A DNA stretch of 64,000 nucleotides from Phoronis australis. Its lineage: Eukaryota > Animalia > Phoronida. Positions 12,701 to 24,700 of this stretch are shown here, piece by piece; position 1 is the first letter of the stretch, and the number at the start of each line of letters is the position of its first letter. The stretch lies in NCBI GenBank assembly GCA_002633005.1, contig NMRA01000180.1:148969-212968 (forward strand), written 5' to 3'. The notes below the pieces were generated by a model, which saw only the letters and a program-made list of their open reading frames with translations, had not been told where the DNA came from and did not search any database. Position numbers and translations under genes: made by a program.

Positions 12701-15700
12701 CAAATGTTGATGCAAAACCCTTGAAAATACACCGAGCTCTTATAAAAACGTGTTGTTTTATTTGGCTGTTACGGGTTTACTGGTATTTGGACACACCGAA
12801 GCTTAGGCCTACAAAGTTCGGAAGACCAATTTATCAAGGTCCGTAGCACTAAGGAGTTTGGGGTCTGTTTGGAGATAAATTCGAAGTATTCTTCCGTGAA
12901 ATACAGACAGGAGAACCTAGATCTGTGTTGTTATACTTGTGATTTTGCGAGTTCTATTGGTATTTGGACACACCGTAGCCTACAAAGTTCGGCACGGGCC
13001 AATAAGGTCCGTAGCAGGAGCTTGGGGTCTGTTCGGAGATAATTTCGAAGTATTTTCCGTGAGATACAGACACGAGAACCTAGATCTGTGTTGTTTGGAA
13101 TTGTGAGTTTTGAGTTCTAAACACAAAACGCTTGTTATCCTGAGCCGTGGCTCGGAGCCCGATCAGGCCCGTCGCGGCCGGCCGGATTGACTCCGCCGTT
13201 ATCCTGGCCAGTGGCTCGGAAACTGATCAGACATCACGAACATAAACCAGACAAAGTTCAGTGGAAACTAAACTTACAGTCAAAAAATACTATCCTAGTG
13301 AGCCAAAGTAATGTGCACGGTGATTATGTTGGTGAATTAGCCACGAAACTGCAAATCTACTTACTCGTCGGGGGCCGCAAATTCACTGAGGTTCCGCTTT
13401 GGCCACAGCACCGTCAGGGCAGAAGTTGTACATTGACAATCATCATTTGAGTAATGTTAATGTAAATAAAGATTCCCCTAACACCTGGCCGTGGGATGGA
13501 AATCGAGTTGTTTCACAACAGTTTCTGCCAGCAAACACTAAATTAGCATGAGCTCACACGGCCTCGGTGTCCCGTCAATTAGTTTTATTACACCTAAAGC
13601 CGGTAACGCATAGATTTATTCATTGCTGGCTTCTCAAATCATTTGCATTCACGAACACTCCAAAGGCATTACAAATTGCATCTAATGAGACAGACTTTGT
13701 TTGAATTTTATAAAATTATTGGTTAGGGTGAGAATAATTCAGTTGAAACAGAACGCTCAGTTACGAACATGGCAACTCGCAATCCCGACTTAGGACGAGC
13801 TAGAGCTCGATCAGTCCCGACTTCGCAGGTGGATCGTTAAGTTTTACAGATTATCAATTCGAACAGGAATACAGTGATGAAGAAATACTAGAGAAGCGCC
13901 GTGAACAAGCTCAGACAACGGAACGTACGGAGTTATTTGGTAAGCCGACATTCGTCAGGCACTGTCGATGTCTGCAGGCCACAGACACGGAGATGTTTCA
14001 CGGTCTAATACTTGCTATTTACAGCGTACATTTCATTCTTCACTACCATGAGCCACTCCCTAAGCATTTCGGACTCTCGAGGAAGTAAAAAACGATATAC
14101 CCGCTTTCCTCGCAGCTGCTCAGTTCGGACAAGCGGGAACGATGCACCGCAACATAGCAGCATTCACTCTGCATATGAACCACTGACGTCGCTAGCGTCG
14201 TTTCTCACCTTCCTCACAAGTTAACGCGAGGTAAGGCCGACTGTATAGACCCTATTCACGCCGACAGGAGGCGCGTTCCAAAACGAGGCTCGCTACGATA
14301 GCTCTGTTAGATGAGTCTGTGTTTCAGTCCGTGTTGTTCCGCGAACGGCTAGAAAAAATACGGACACGCAACTGCCTGCTTTGCAATCTCTAAAGACATT
14401 GAGATTCGGAAGCGTTGGGTCGTTGCCATACGCCGCGACGAAGCAAAACTTTTATGTCCGTGTAAAATAAAATGTTTTCGAAAAGTTAGATCATATTTTG
14501 TAGCATCTCGGTCAGTTGTCAAGCATCGTATTAACGACCGGTAATGGGCTAGCCAGGCTGTATTTTCATGACTACGGATTTTAGGGGGGGGGGGCATGGT
14601 CCTCCTAAAATTGTATCAGATCTCATTTTTGATTTCGGGTGCGAATTGCTGACTAGCACACGTGCGCAACCAGGGGATCTTGGGGGGGGGTGAAAGTAAA
14701 CGCATAGGCGCTGAATGAACCCCGTTTACCGTTTTTTTTTTTTAGTCAACAGGTCCGCAAACCCACGAATTCAAGACCCCTGCATCCCCAGATTTTAGGC
14801 TGGACGCGCATCTGCCGAAATGCTGCTTATTCCTGTGCCCTGCCCCCCCAACTCAAAATCCTGGATCCGCCCCTGCTACGGGTTGAAACATTGTAATTTT
14901 TCTTTCCAAAAAGGACAGGGCCCTCAATCCCTCAAATTTGGGGCCCAATATCGGCCCTATTCCCCTCTCAAAAATATTGAAATATCACGCGAAATTCCCC
15001 CAACGAGGTATAAAAATCTAGTGAAAAATCTCTCTGAGTTCACATCACCTGTAACCACACAGGTGTCAATTTGTATGAGCACGGCACAAAAGGCTACTTT
15101 AAATGGAGACAGAGCCTATGAGAGCTTGCAACAGGGGGGTGCTATTGATGGTGATCAGAGGTAGATTGTTCCCGCCCTCACTCGGCGAAAAAATCGCCTC
15201 TCAGTAGGCACTGGCACCTTTCCCCTCGGATGAACGAGGTTCCTGCAGAAACATGATAAACTATGATTGCATTGTCCGGTTAACTGAAATTGAGTTCTAA
15301 AACGAGGTTATGTTTTGGACGAACGAATTAGGTGTTTTAATTTTAAAATTCAACTTGGTCCAGATTGATATTTGAAATCACATGAAATAGACGTAAGAAT
15401 TATTACAACCAAGAAAGCAGAATTGATGGTCAAACAATTTTTATTTTCAATTACGAGCCAGCTTTATTATTTTAATAAAAAACATATTTAATAACATCAA
15501 TTATTCTTTCAGATCAATGACAAATCAACTGTTAGTCTCAGTGAGTGCATAGGATCAGGCTATACTTGATGTTAATATTCTTGATCAACAAATTAAACCA
15601 CGAGATGTGGCTAATTGCACATGACAGCCATCACTGTCAAATATGTCTTCAACTCGTCAACAATACGAGCAGATGACCTGGTCCGCGTAGAAAGTATTTT

Positions 15701-18700
15701 GATCAACAATTTACAAGAAAAAACGTAACCCTGCATTCAGCATAATACCTAATCCGTAACACTACGATCGCTGCAATTTGGTCATATTTACTTTTCATGT
15801 TTCGAACCTAGTTTTCCGAACAAAATTAAACCCTTTCGTCAGACAACTCTTTGGCGCCTTAACTTGTTCTCTAATGTAATTTTCTACGTCTCTGTGGTTA
15901 ATTGTCGACACATCATTAAAATTCAATATCCAGGTTGGACTCGAAAGACCGGCTATTTAACTCACGCAATGTCTACTTTCGCTTTGTTTATCGCAGTGNN
16001 NNNNNNNNNNNNNNNNNNNNNNNNNNNNNNNNNNNNNNNNNNNNNNNNNNNNNNNNNNNNNNNNNNNNNNNNNNNNNNNNNNNNNNNNTTTGATTTTAGA
16101 ATGTTTGCTTTCTCGCCTATTCTCGAGCTATTGCGCAGCTTCACTGCGTCCATGCCAAGGAACTACGTTGGTGCTTGAGTGTTTTGGTTTACGTACTTCA
16201 GGTTTTAAAAGATTTTAATTGTGGTACCATTGCAAATTGTAATCCATAAGAATCCCCCGACGATGTTTCACTCCAGCAACTGTGATTAACATGTACACGT
16301 AACGAGAATTTGCAGATGCAGTAGCTAAGATTTTCGAATTACTTTCAGAACTCTTCAGTGTCGACATTACAAAGAACTTGTCTCCTGACAAATACTCAAG
16401 TTCATCCCATCTCTCTACTGACTACACTCCCGGTAACGCAAAACTTGACAGTTCAAGAGCTTGGAAACCATTAGGTTCAGATTTAGATCCTTTCGTTCAG
16501 GTAATAACCCTTAACTCGTTCTTGCATGCCCTGATAATTTCATTTCGCAGCGTTAAAGTTGCTATTTGTCGGTCTTCAAATACATGCACATGTAGTTAAG
16601 TGAGCTATTTCAGTCATGACGATTTTAGGAATCTACGTGTACTAGTTGGATTTTAAGTGGCACAGAGAGTGAAAACAGGAACGATGTGAGCAGGCGACTG
16701 TGTCGGCAAAAAAACATACTTCATGTTAGGTTGCATTATTAGTATACAGCATGTTCGTATAACAAAACGTTTTGGTTGGATTTGAAATAAGTGTTAGGCT
16801 GATTTCGAAGGGACTTCAATTAATCTATTTATGATGGTTGACACTAGCGAGGTCTAAACATGGCTGCCTGATCACAGTGCGTCGGAATTTTCATCGGTAA
16901 ATCTTTAATGTTTTTAGAGTAGTGAAACTGTTCTTTCAGGAACCACGCCTTGGATCAATGATTTGGGTAACCCAAATGAACGAGCCCAATCAAAATTAGC
17001 GTTGTGCATGCGAATTTGTTTCACCAGGAGGCCTCTACCGTTGTGTACGGATTGGCTCTACTTTCCCTTATTTCACGGTTTACAAGTACATCATGGATTA
17101 TTGAATGCCCTACAGTACAATAACATATATGGGATAAGGGATTTTACATTTAATTTTAATCTAATATGATTGTGGTTTGGGAAGTATTGGAGAAACAAAA
17201 AACTTGTATAAAATTTTGGAGTTTGCTTTGTAATAGTCATCAGAGTTCATGTGACGGGTTGCATGAACAGTCCCAAACAGGGACTCGAATAAGTTTTCTA
17301 ATTTTTTTGCCTATTTGTGTTTTTTCTATACTCTATAATGACAAACGTAATACTATATTTTTCCATGATTGTATCTTTATTATGAGACCCTTTTTGACTA
17401 ATGGCATTTTTGATAACATAAATAAAAACTGAAAATATTTAGGGACTTATTCCTTAAATTAGGGGTGTTGCATGAAACGATCCCTATTTATTTATGATAA
17501 TATTGAGAATTCACCATCAAGTTCACTCTCCATATGTATCAAAACCAAAACTTGACTTAGTAATGAAACTAAAACATCATAAGAAAAGACTGTCGGTGTT
17601 TTCACAAGTCCACAAATACGCAGTAGATTTAGGGAACTTAGTTGGCTCCCTGTTTAGGACTGTTTCATGCAACTGGCCTCTAAAATGCAACGTCTGTTGA
17701 TGGACATTAAGTACCAGAAGCGATTCTGTGAAATGATCCATCGTCTTGTGTACGCAGAGCTTCAAGTAGTTATAACATTTTTACAGATTGAATTGGAAAG
17801 AGCGTCGCTTATAATTGGGATTACCGTTCAAGGAGACGGGTCCTCCAACTGGGTAACGAGCTTCACTGCTGAGTCTCGAAACGTCGGAGAGCCTTGGCAC
17901 CATGTTGACAACGGAATGGTCTGTGATTTATCGTTCAACACTTGTTATTTTGAATAAATTTAACGAATTCACTACGTTGGGCTTCTATGTAGTGAATGCC
18001 GTTCTAAAACTAGTCACTTGCTCTCATAAGATTAGAATTTATATAATTTGTGGGCTATGGAAAAAGTGGGTTTCCGCTAGTGCATGACAATCAGAAATTT
18101 GAGTTTATCCAAATGTTATGGCTTTGCTCGGCGGTTGTTACGTAGCATACTTAAACAGGTTTTGTACAAAACTTTAAAGCTTATCCGCTGCATAATTTGA
18201 TGCATGATATCGAATGCGTTGTTAAACAATGGCATCTTAACGCGTGATAACTTGGGTATTACTTGGGTGCAGAACCAGCGTCATCACACTCGAGGCAGAC
18301 CCATAGATTCTCGGCTTTCCACGTCATCAAGTCAGACAAGGTTCTTTGACTAACCACTCCAACCAACTGCTGATTACACAGTCGTCTTGCCCGGCCATGC
18401 AACCGACTTTCAGCACCACAGTCTCTCTCATATCCAAACAGCTGCATTCTGTCAATTGCATTTCCATTCTCCCGTGGCTCCACCTCTCTAAGCGCTCCTA
18501 GAATCTCACTCTTTCCCAATCTGAGGGCACCCTGTATCGGTGCATTTCCCGCTAACTTGTCAGCGTGATAATGTGATGTTATTTTTTTATACAAAATGCA
18601 ACTTCTTTACGCCCAGACCCAGGATGATAAAGTAAACATCCTCTGTTCTGTTCAAATTACGTTCACAACAATTCGCTATCCCAATAAAATTGTACCTTTA

Positions 18701-21700
18701 AAAAGGGACAGTTGCAAAAAGTAGGCTCCGTCGTCAGTTTCCACTATCTCTTAAAAAGCCTTAGCCTCGTTCTTACCTCCAGCGTCCAGTCGGCTTCGTG
18801 CAAGTCGCATTTTTGAATGCAATTGACTTCCGTAAGGGGTACCTTTGGTGATTTGGCTTACATGAGGGCACTGACCTAATCATATGCAAGTCCATGTTCG
18901 CGTTAGGAGCCACGAATGGTAGGGACACGGCATCAATTTGATTCTGTTCCGATTTGTATGCATACGAATAAGGGTGAAATAGTCAGTTTTTTTTCAAAAA
19001 AAAAACACCCATCTACAAGGGAATATTGAATGGCACTGAGATAAGCAAACAGTCCATGCATTGGTGTGGTTTATCTCCTTCGTTATGTCATTTAAAAAGA
19101 GTGGTGACTGAAATTCTTTCCTTGGCTCCATTCATTTGGGAGTGTCACACCTGTTGGGGCCGGGGCTCACGCTCGTCTAACGGGATGAATAAACACATAT
19201 ACATCGCAATATCTGTCTTTCTTTTGAGAGTTCCTGATGAACATTTTTCCTGATAACATTTTAGTGCACTGAGAAGGAAATCGTACCTCATGAAACATAG
19301 ATTTGGATGAGGTTTTGATAAATACCACTGAGGCAAAGGAGATTTGCGATATTTCCTCCTATGCTGCTAACTTACCACCCGGCATTATAATGATATTTTG
19401 GTCAACTACCACGGGTAACGTTTTGATTTCCCCAGTTTAGACAAACTCGTGTTCAAAGTGATTACTATCTGCACTAACACGTCTGGTCTTTAAATGGTTA
19501 TTTACGGACAAGTTACGCGTTTAGTGCGCCGACAGCGTGTTAGGCGCACAACATGATCCTTGTTTCCTAGCAACAGCAAATCGGTTGAAATTACCAAGCA
19601 TAAGAATCACTTCTAATCACATTAAGAAATAAGTTAAAACCAGTTTTGCAACAAAAAGCGTCTAGTACGTTAAAAGTCTGACGTATGACGGGTTCATTGC
19701 AGCTTTAAATGATATTAACAACGGCTTCCCACCCCTATATCTAAAACCGAATAATGCGCTGTAAGCCTATTCAACCTTCCAACGTTTGGATCAAATTTTG
19801 AAGTCTACTCAACGTGCAACTGTGTCCAACGCTTTAGGTGAGACAAACGACAGGTATGGCGAAACACCGTCTACCAAGAACTGTAATATCCATTCTGCCA
19901 TATAGCGAGTGTGTGTTAACTGTTGAATAATGCTTTTATGACTCAAATGGGACACCAATGGCGAACAACTTTTATCTACAGTACAGTATTTGGTGCTGAA
20001 TTCCAAAAAATAATGTTTTCTCTTCACAGGATTTCCAAGCGAACGTGGACTCTTCCACGTCGAAGCAGATAATGCTTGGACAAGCTATACTGTGCCGATA
20101 TCTAAGGATTAGACCCAAAGGCTATCAGGGTGAAATTGCAGTGCGGATCGGCCTCAAAGGAGCGACAGGTGAGGTGTTCCGCGTAACATTCTGCTTTGCA
20201 CATTACACATTAAGCCAAAAAGTTGCATATGTACGAAAATGAATTGCTTAATGCTCGCAATATGTATTTTGGTACGTGTTAGACGTCAAATCTAGTGTAG
20301 AACCGTTAATGTAGCTAAACCATCAAACGCCTTAACTGATACATAAAACTGAGTGCATCGTTTATTTTACCGCAGTGCTGTAGTGGTAAAAAAGAGGTAA
20401 GTAGGCGCCCAAAGCATGCGCGCACCCAGGGGGAGGAGGCTCGGGTGTGCGCATGCAAATGCCACCGTATCATCTTGAACGCTGAACGTAACTTACGGTG
20501 CGTAGGCGCTACGTTCAAATGCCAAAAAGTAGTTGGATGGGCCTGCGTTCGCCTACGCCCCTCCACATCACTGTTTAACCGTAAACATTTATCAAATTGC
20601 TTCACGACACTACTTGCCTACAGGTCCATCACTGTAAATTGCAGCACTCGAAAATTACGCGTGCTTTAACCGGAATGCTACATGTCTGCTCTCTTATTTT
20701 CAGCTACTACGAGTATCTATGATTTCCAATACAAATACGCTGAAAACGGTATCTACCAGGTGACTGTTGCTGCAAACAACTCGCTGAGCTCAGCCTCTGA
20801 CTCTAGCAAAGTGACGGTACAGACAGCGTATAGCGGATTAAGGATCACTTCACCTGCCATCCGATTTGGCGAGTCAACTCAGCTTCTTTTGACGTCGGTC
20901 ACAGGATCTGGACCGGCGACTATCACCGCCTCATTTGCGGCAACCGAAGTTGGCACAACTAATTGCAAATCAGCTCTTCCATGTAATGTTACGCTCGACG
21001 CAGCTGCACATGTCAAATATGGCGACTTCCCATTTACGTTTAGCGTTGCAAACTTAGTCTCTGACCCAATCACAACCACAGAGGTCGTTTCTGTTGACCA
21101 TATACTTGCTGACGTAGAGCTTCATCCCACGCAAACAGCAGAAGCAACTGGAACCCCGGCCATTTTTGCTTTGAAGTTTAAAAGTCACGTTTCAAGATTA
21201 AACATAACAGCCGATTTCCGGGACAACACAACGCCAGACATAATTTATGTAGAATATTACGACAACCAAACCGTTATATTCATAAATCACACGTTCCTTA
21301 ACGCAGGTGTTTACGCACCAAAATTCTATTTTAAAAGCCTCGTCACTGATTTCACCAAAATAACTACCATAACAATCCAAAATGCAGTCGCTAATATATC
21401 TTTTACCGATAACGGACCTCAGCCGATTCTGAACAATGATTCATATGGAAACGTGCATTTTCAATTTCATTTCTCTGGTAGCTCATTAAGATTTCCAACC
21501 AATGCTACTGCCCTTATCGATTACGGTGACACTTTCACCGACCTAATCCTTCTCTGCTCCAACCTTACCAACGTTTCCCACAATTACACCAAATACGGGA
21601 CGTACAGCGTCAAAGTCAACATTTCCAACATTGTAAGCTTTGCATATTTTGATACAGAAGTTGTTGTTGAAGAGAAAATACAGGGTCTTTCGCACCAGGT

Positions 21701-24700
21701 CGCTCGAGATTACATTCAAATTGGAGACACCGTCGAACTGACAGCTTCTGTAGTGTGGGGAAGTAACGTAAACTTTACGTGGTCTTTTAACGATTCCACT
21801 GCTCCGGTTCACAAATACGTTGAGAAAGGTAATATCACTATAAACCACACATTTGAACATTCTGGAATTTACGAAGTACGCGTTACCAGTGTTAACAAAG
21901 TTTCGCAAAACCAAAGGACGGTTCTAGTAACTGTGGAGCCTGAAATTAAAGATGTCCAAGTCTCGCACAATTCACCTCAATCTACAGACACTGATGTTGT
22001 ATTTAACTTTGAATTCACTGGAACTAACTTACTGTTTCCCTTGAAGCCGCAGATAAATTTAGTATTCGGTGACTATTTCAACGACACCATCAGCTATGAA
22101 AGTAATCCAATATCTCACCACCACAGATATACAGAATTTGGAAACTACACAGTCGGAGTAGAGATATACAATCACATTTCAACTCAAGTATTGAACTTGA
22201 CCATAGTGGTGGATGAGATCATTCAAAACTTGACCCTTCACGAACCAGATTTCGTGAAAGTTGGAGAAGAGACGAAGATCCAAGCTCGAGTGTCCAGAGG
22301 TAGTCGAGTAAGTCTTCGTTGGTCATTTAGTGATGAAGAACCAGGCAATAGCACAACGTATATTCACTCGAGGCACAATGTCAGTTCGGTCACCCACTCT
22401 TATTCAAAACCCGGGACCTATCAAACACTCGTCCTGGCAGCCAACGCTATCAGCAATCACAGTACCTCTCGTGAAGTTGTAGTTGAACATCCCGTAACCG
22501 GATATAAAGTCTTTGGTGAAACGACCTCTCTTCTCCCAAGTGCGAGTCCACGAATTTCCACTCTCAGGCTGGATATGCTCCTAGCAAAGAGCGCCTTTGA
22601 GGCCACCAACGCACAGTACTCTATTGACTTCGATGACGGGATTACGGTAGATTCGTTAAGCCTCAGATGTAGTTTTTCTGACAGCTATGTTGAAGGTTAT
22701 CGTAAATGTCAGGCGTTGTTTGTGCACAATTACACACGTTCTGGAGAGTTCACAATCAAGTTAACTGTGAAGAACAACGTGTCACAAGAGATCTATGTGT
22801 TTAATCACACTTGCTTTGAAGAAATCAGCCACTTACGAAAGGTGGTGTTATTCAACCATTCTCATACTTACATAAACGAACCTGGATTTGGACAAAATAG
22901 ATCGCACTACCCAATGGAGAACAGCATTATTTTCATAGCCAATAAAACAACCGGAAATTTTTTAACGTACACCTGGGGTTTTGGTGACGACAGCCCCGTT
23001 GTATCTAAACGGGACGATCCCATTTCAGTTCACAAGTATAACAAACCTGGGGTCTATACAATAACTCTCAATTCCTCAAATCTCCTTGATTATCATATAA
23101 TAAGTAAAACAATCACGATACAACGTTCGGTCCACATCAGTGGGATATCATCAGCGGAAAGCATCACGGTAAGAGGGACGAATCATTCATTTGACATACG
23201 ATTGGGTGCTAGAGCCTCAAATGCGTGTTATTGGATTGATTTCGGCGATACCTCTACCACGGGTGGCAGATATAGATGGTTTGGAGATGAAGCTGAGTGT
23301 AAGCGAGTTTGGACTTCAGCATTTGACTTTAAAAACTACGAAGACGTAGACATAACAACTGGTGTTTTTTCTTTAGTAGCAATCCTCAATACACTTGGAC
23401 AGTATGACATCGTCTTAAACGGAACAAATCTCGTCTCATCACATCAGGCGTCAATGAGATTAGGTGTAACTAAAGGTTATTGTAAGTTTCCTGTTTTGGA
23501 CCTGGAAGATGTCAACCAATGCAGCAAGCCTATGTGCGATGAAAACAATTTGAAGAAAGTATACAAGTCAGAGAGTTTTGTGGTTCGCTCAACCGTGAAG
23601 GTTGTTTGTGAGAATACAACATCGCTTAAGTCGTGGACAGTTGAATTATGGTCTGAGCGCACTGCCGAGTGGACCAACATCAATAAAAACTTAAGTATTA
23701 CCCTAGCTTCGAATTCCCTTACAGAGCTTTTCATTCCAAGCCGTCTGTTGCAATACAACCTCTATAAATTTACTCTCAACTATTCCATGACGGACTTTGA
23801 CGGAATTTGGAGTCAAGCTTCAGTTAAGATTCGAATCGTAAAATCGCCGTTAGTTGGCACGTTTATAGGAGGAAGTTTCTTGAAACGAGAATGGGGAAAG
23901 AATCATACGCTTGACGCCACTGCCGGTGTTGTTGACCCCGACTTGGTGGACGAGAGCAAAGATGGCATGAGTGTGTTATGGTTTTGCAAACGCACGTGCG
24001 AGTCATGGCCGCAATATTCTGAAAACATGAGCATTTTGGAAACTGGCGATTCGTCAAATTGTCTTACGAACAACCAGTCGGCAGGAGGATGTTTTATACA
24101 CGACCTAAACGATGGACCAGGTAAATTAATCGGAAGTCATAAAAGTAAGAAATGCACTGCATGCTTTGTTTCTAATTTATTCCGGAAATATAGACGCTGT
24201 GCTTTAGATAATAGGCTTTGGAAACTAGTAGAGAAAATAATAGGGCTTACTTGGCATGATGAAGATCACATTTTGACGACAAGATTTATTTGAGGTCCCA
24301 ACATTCAACCTAGCATCTTCGAATCACATTAATCGATTAAAATAGATTATCGTGTTAATTAGTCCAGCCTGCACTCGCTGACGTGTAAAAGCAGCATGCG
24401 TTACCAATGCAGCTGACACTCTTGGAAGTGCACGCTATAACTCGAGCTCGCAAGTACAAGCGAATCTTCTCCCATACTGCGAGCTCGACAATTCCAAAAT
24501 AGTCTATTCAGTCAGCAGAAAGGATCTTTCCAAGGTCGGAAAACACATTCGATTAAAGTGCAAATCGAAACCAACCTTACAACAATAAGATAGACTAGTT
24601 TATACTTGGTGATTTTGTCCTCGAAAATCACTGGAGGTGGATGAATTGGGACTTTGAGTAATAAGCAAATAGACCAAGATGTGTTCCCTATTCTGTGTTT

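Noticed and set aside
18259-18594. Minus-strand 111-aa ORF, possibly a LINE endonuclease relic (LFGY...ENLWVCL)
   Set aside because: Similarity is too weak to support by eye.
20682-24293. 1203-aa ORF as a stand-alone gene
   Set aside because: Its ends are intronic; splice sites at 20704 and 24120 link it in frame to neighbouring exons.
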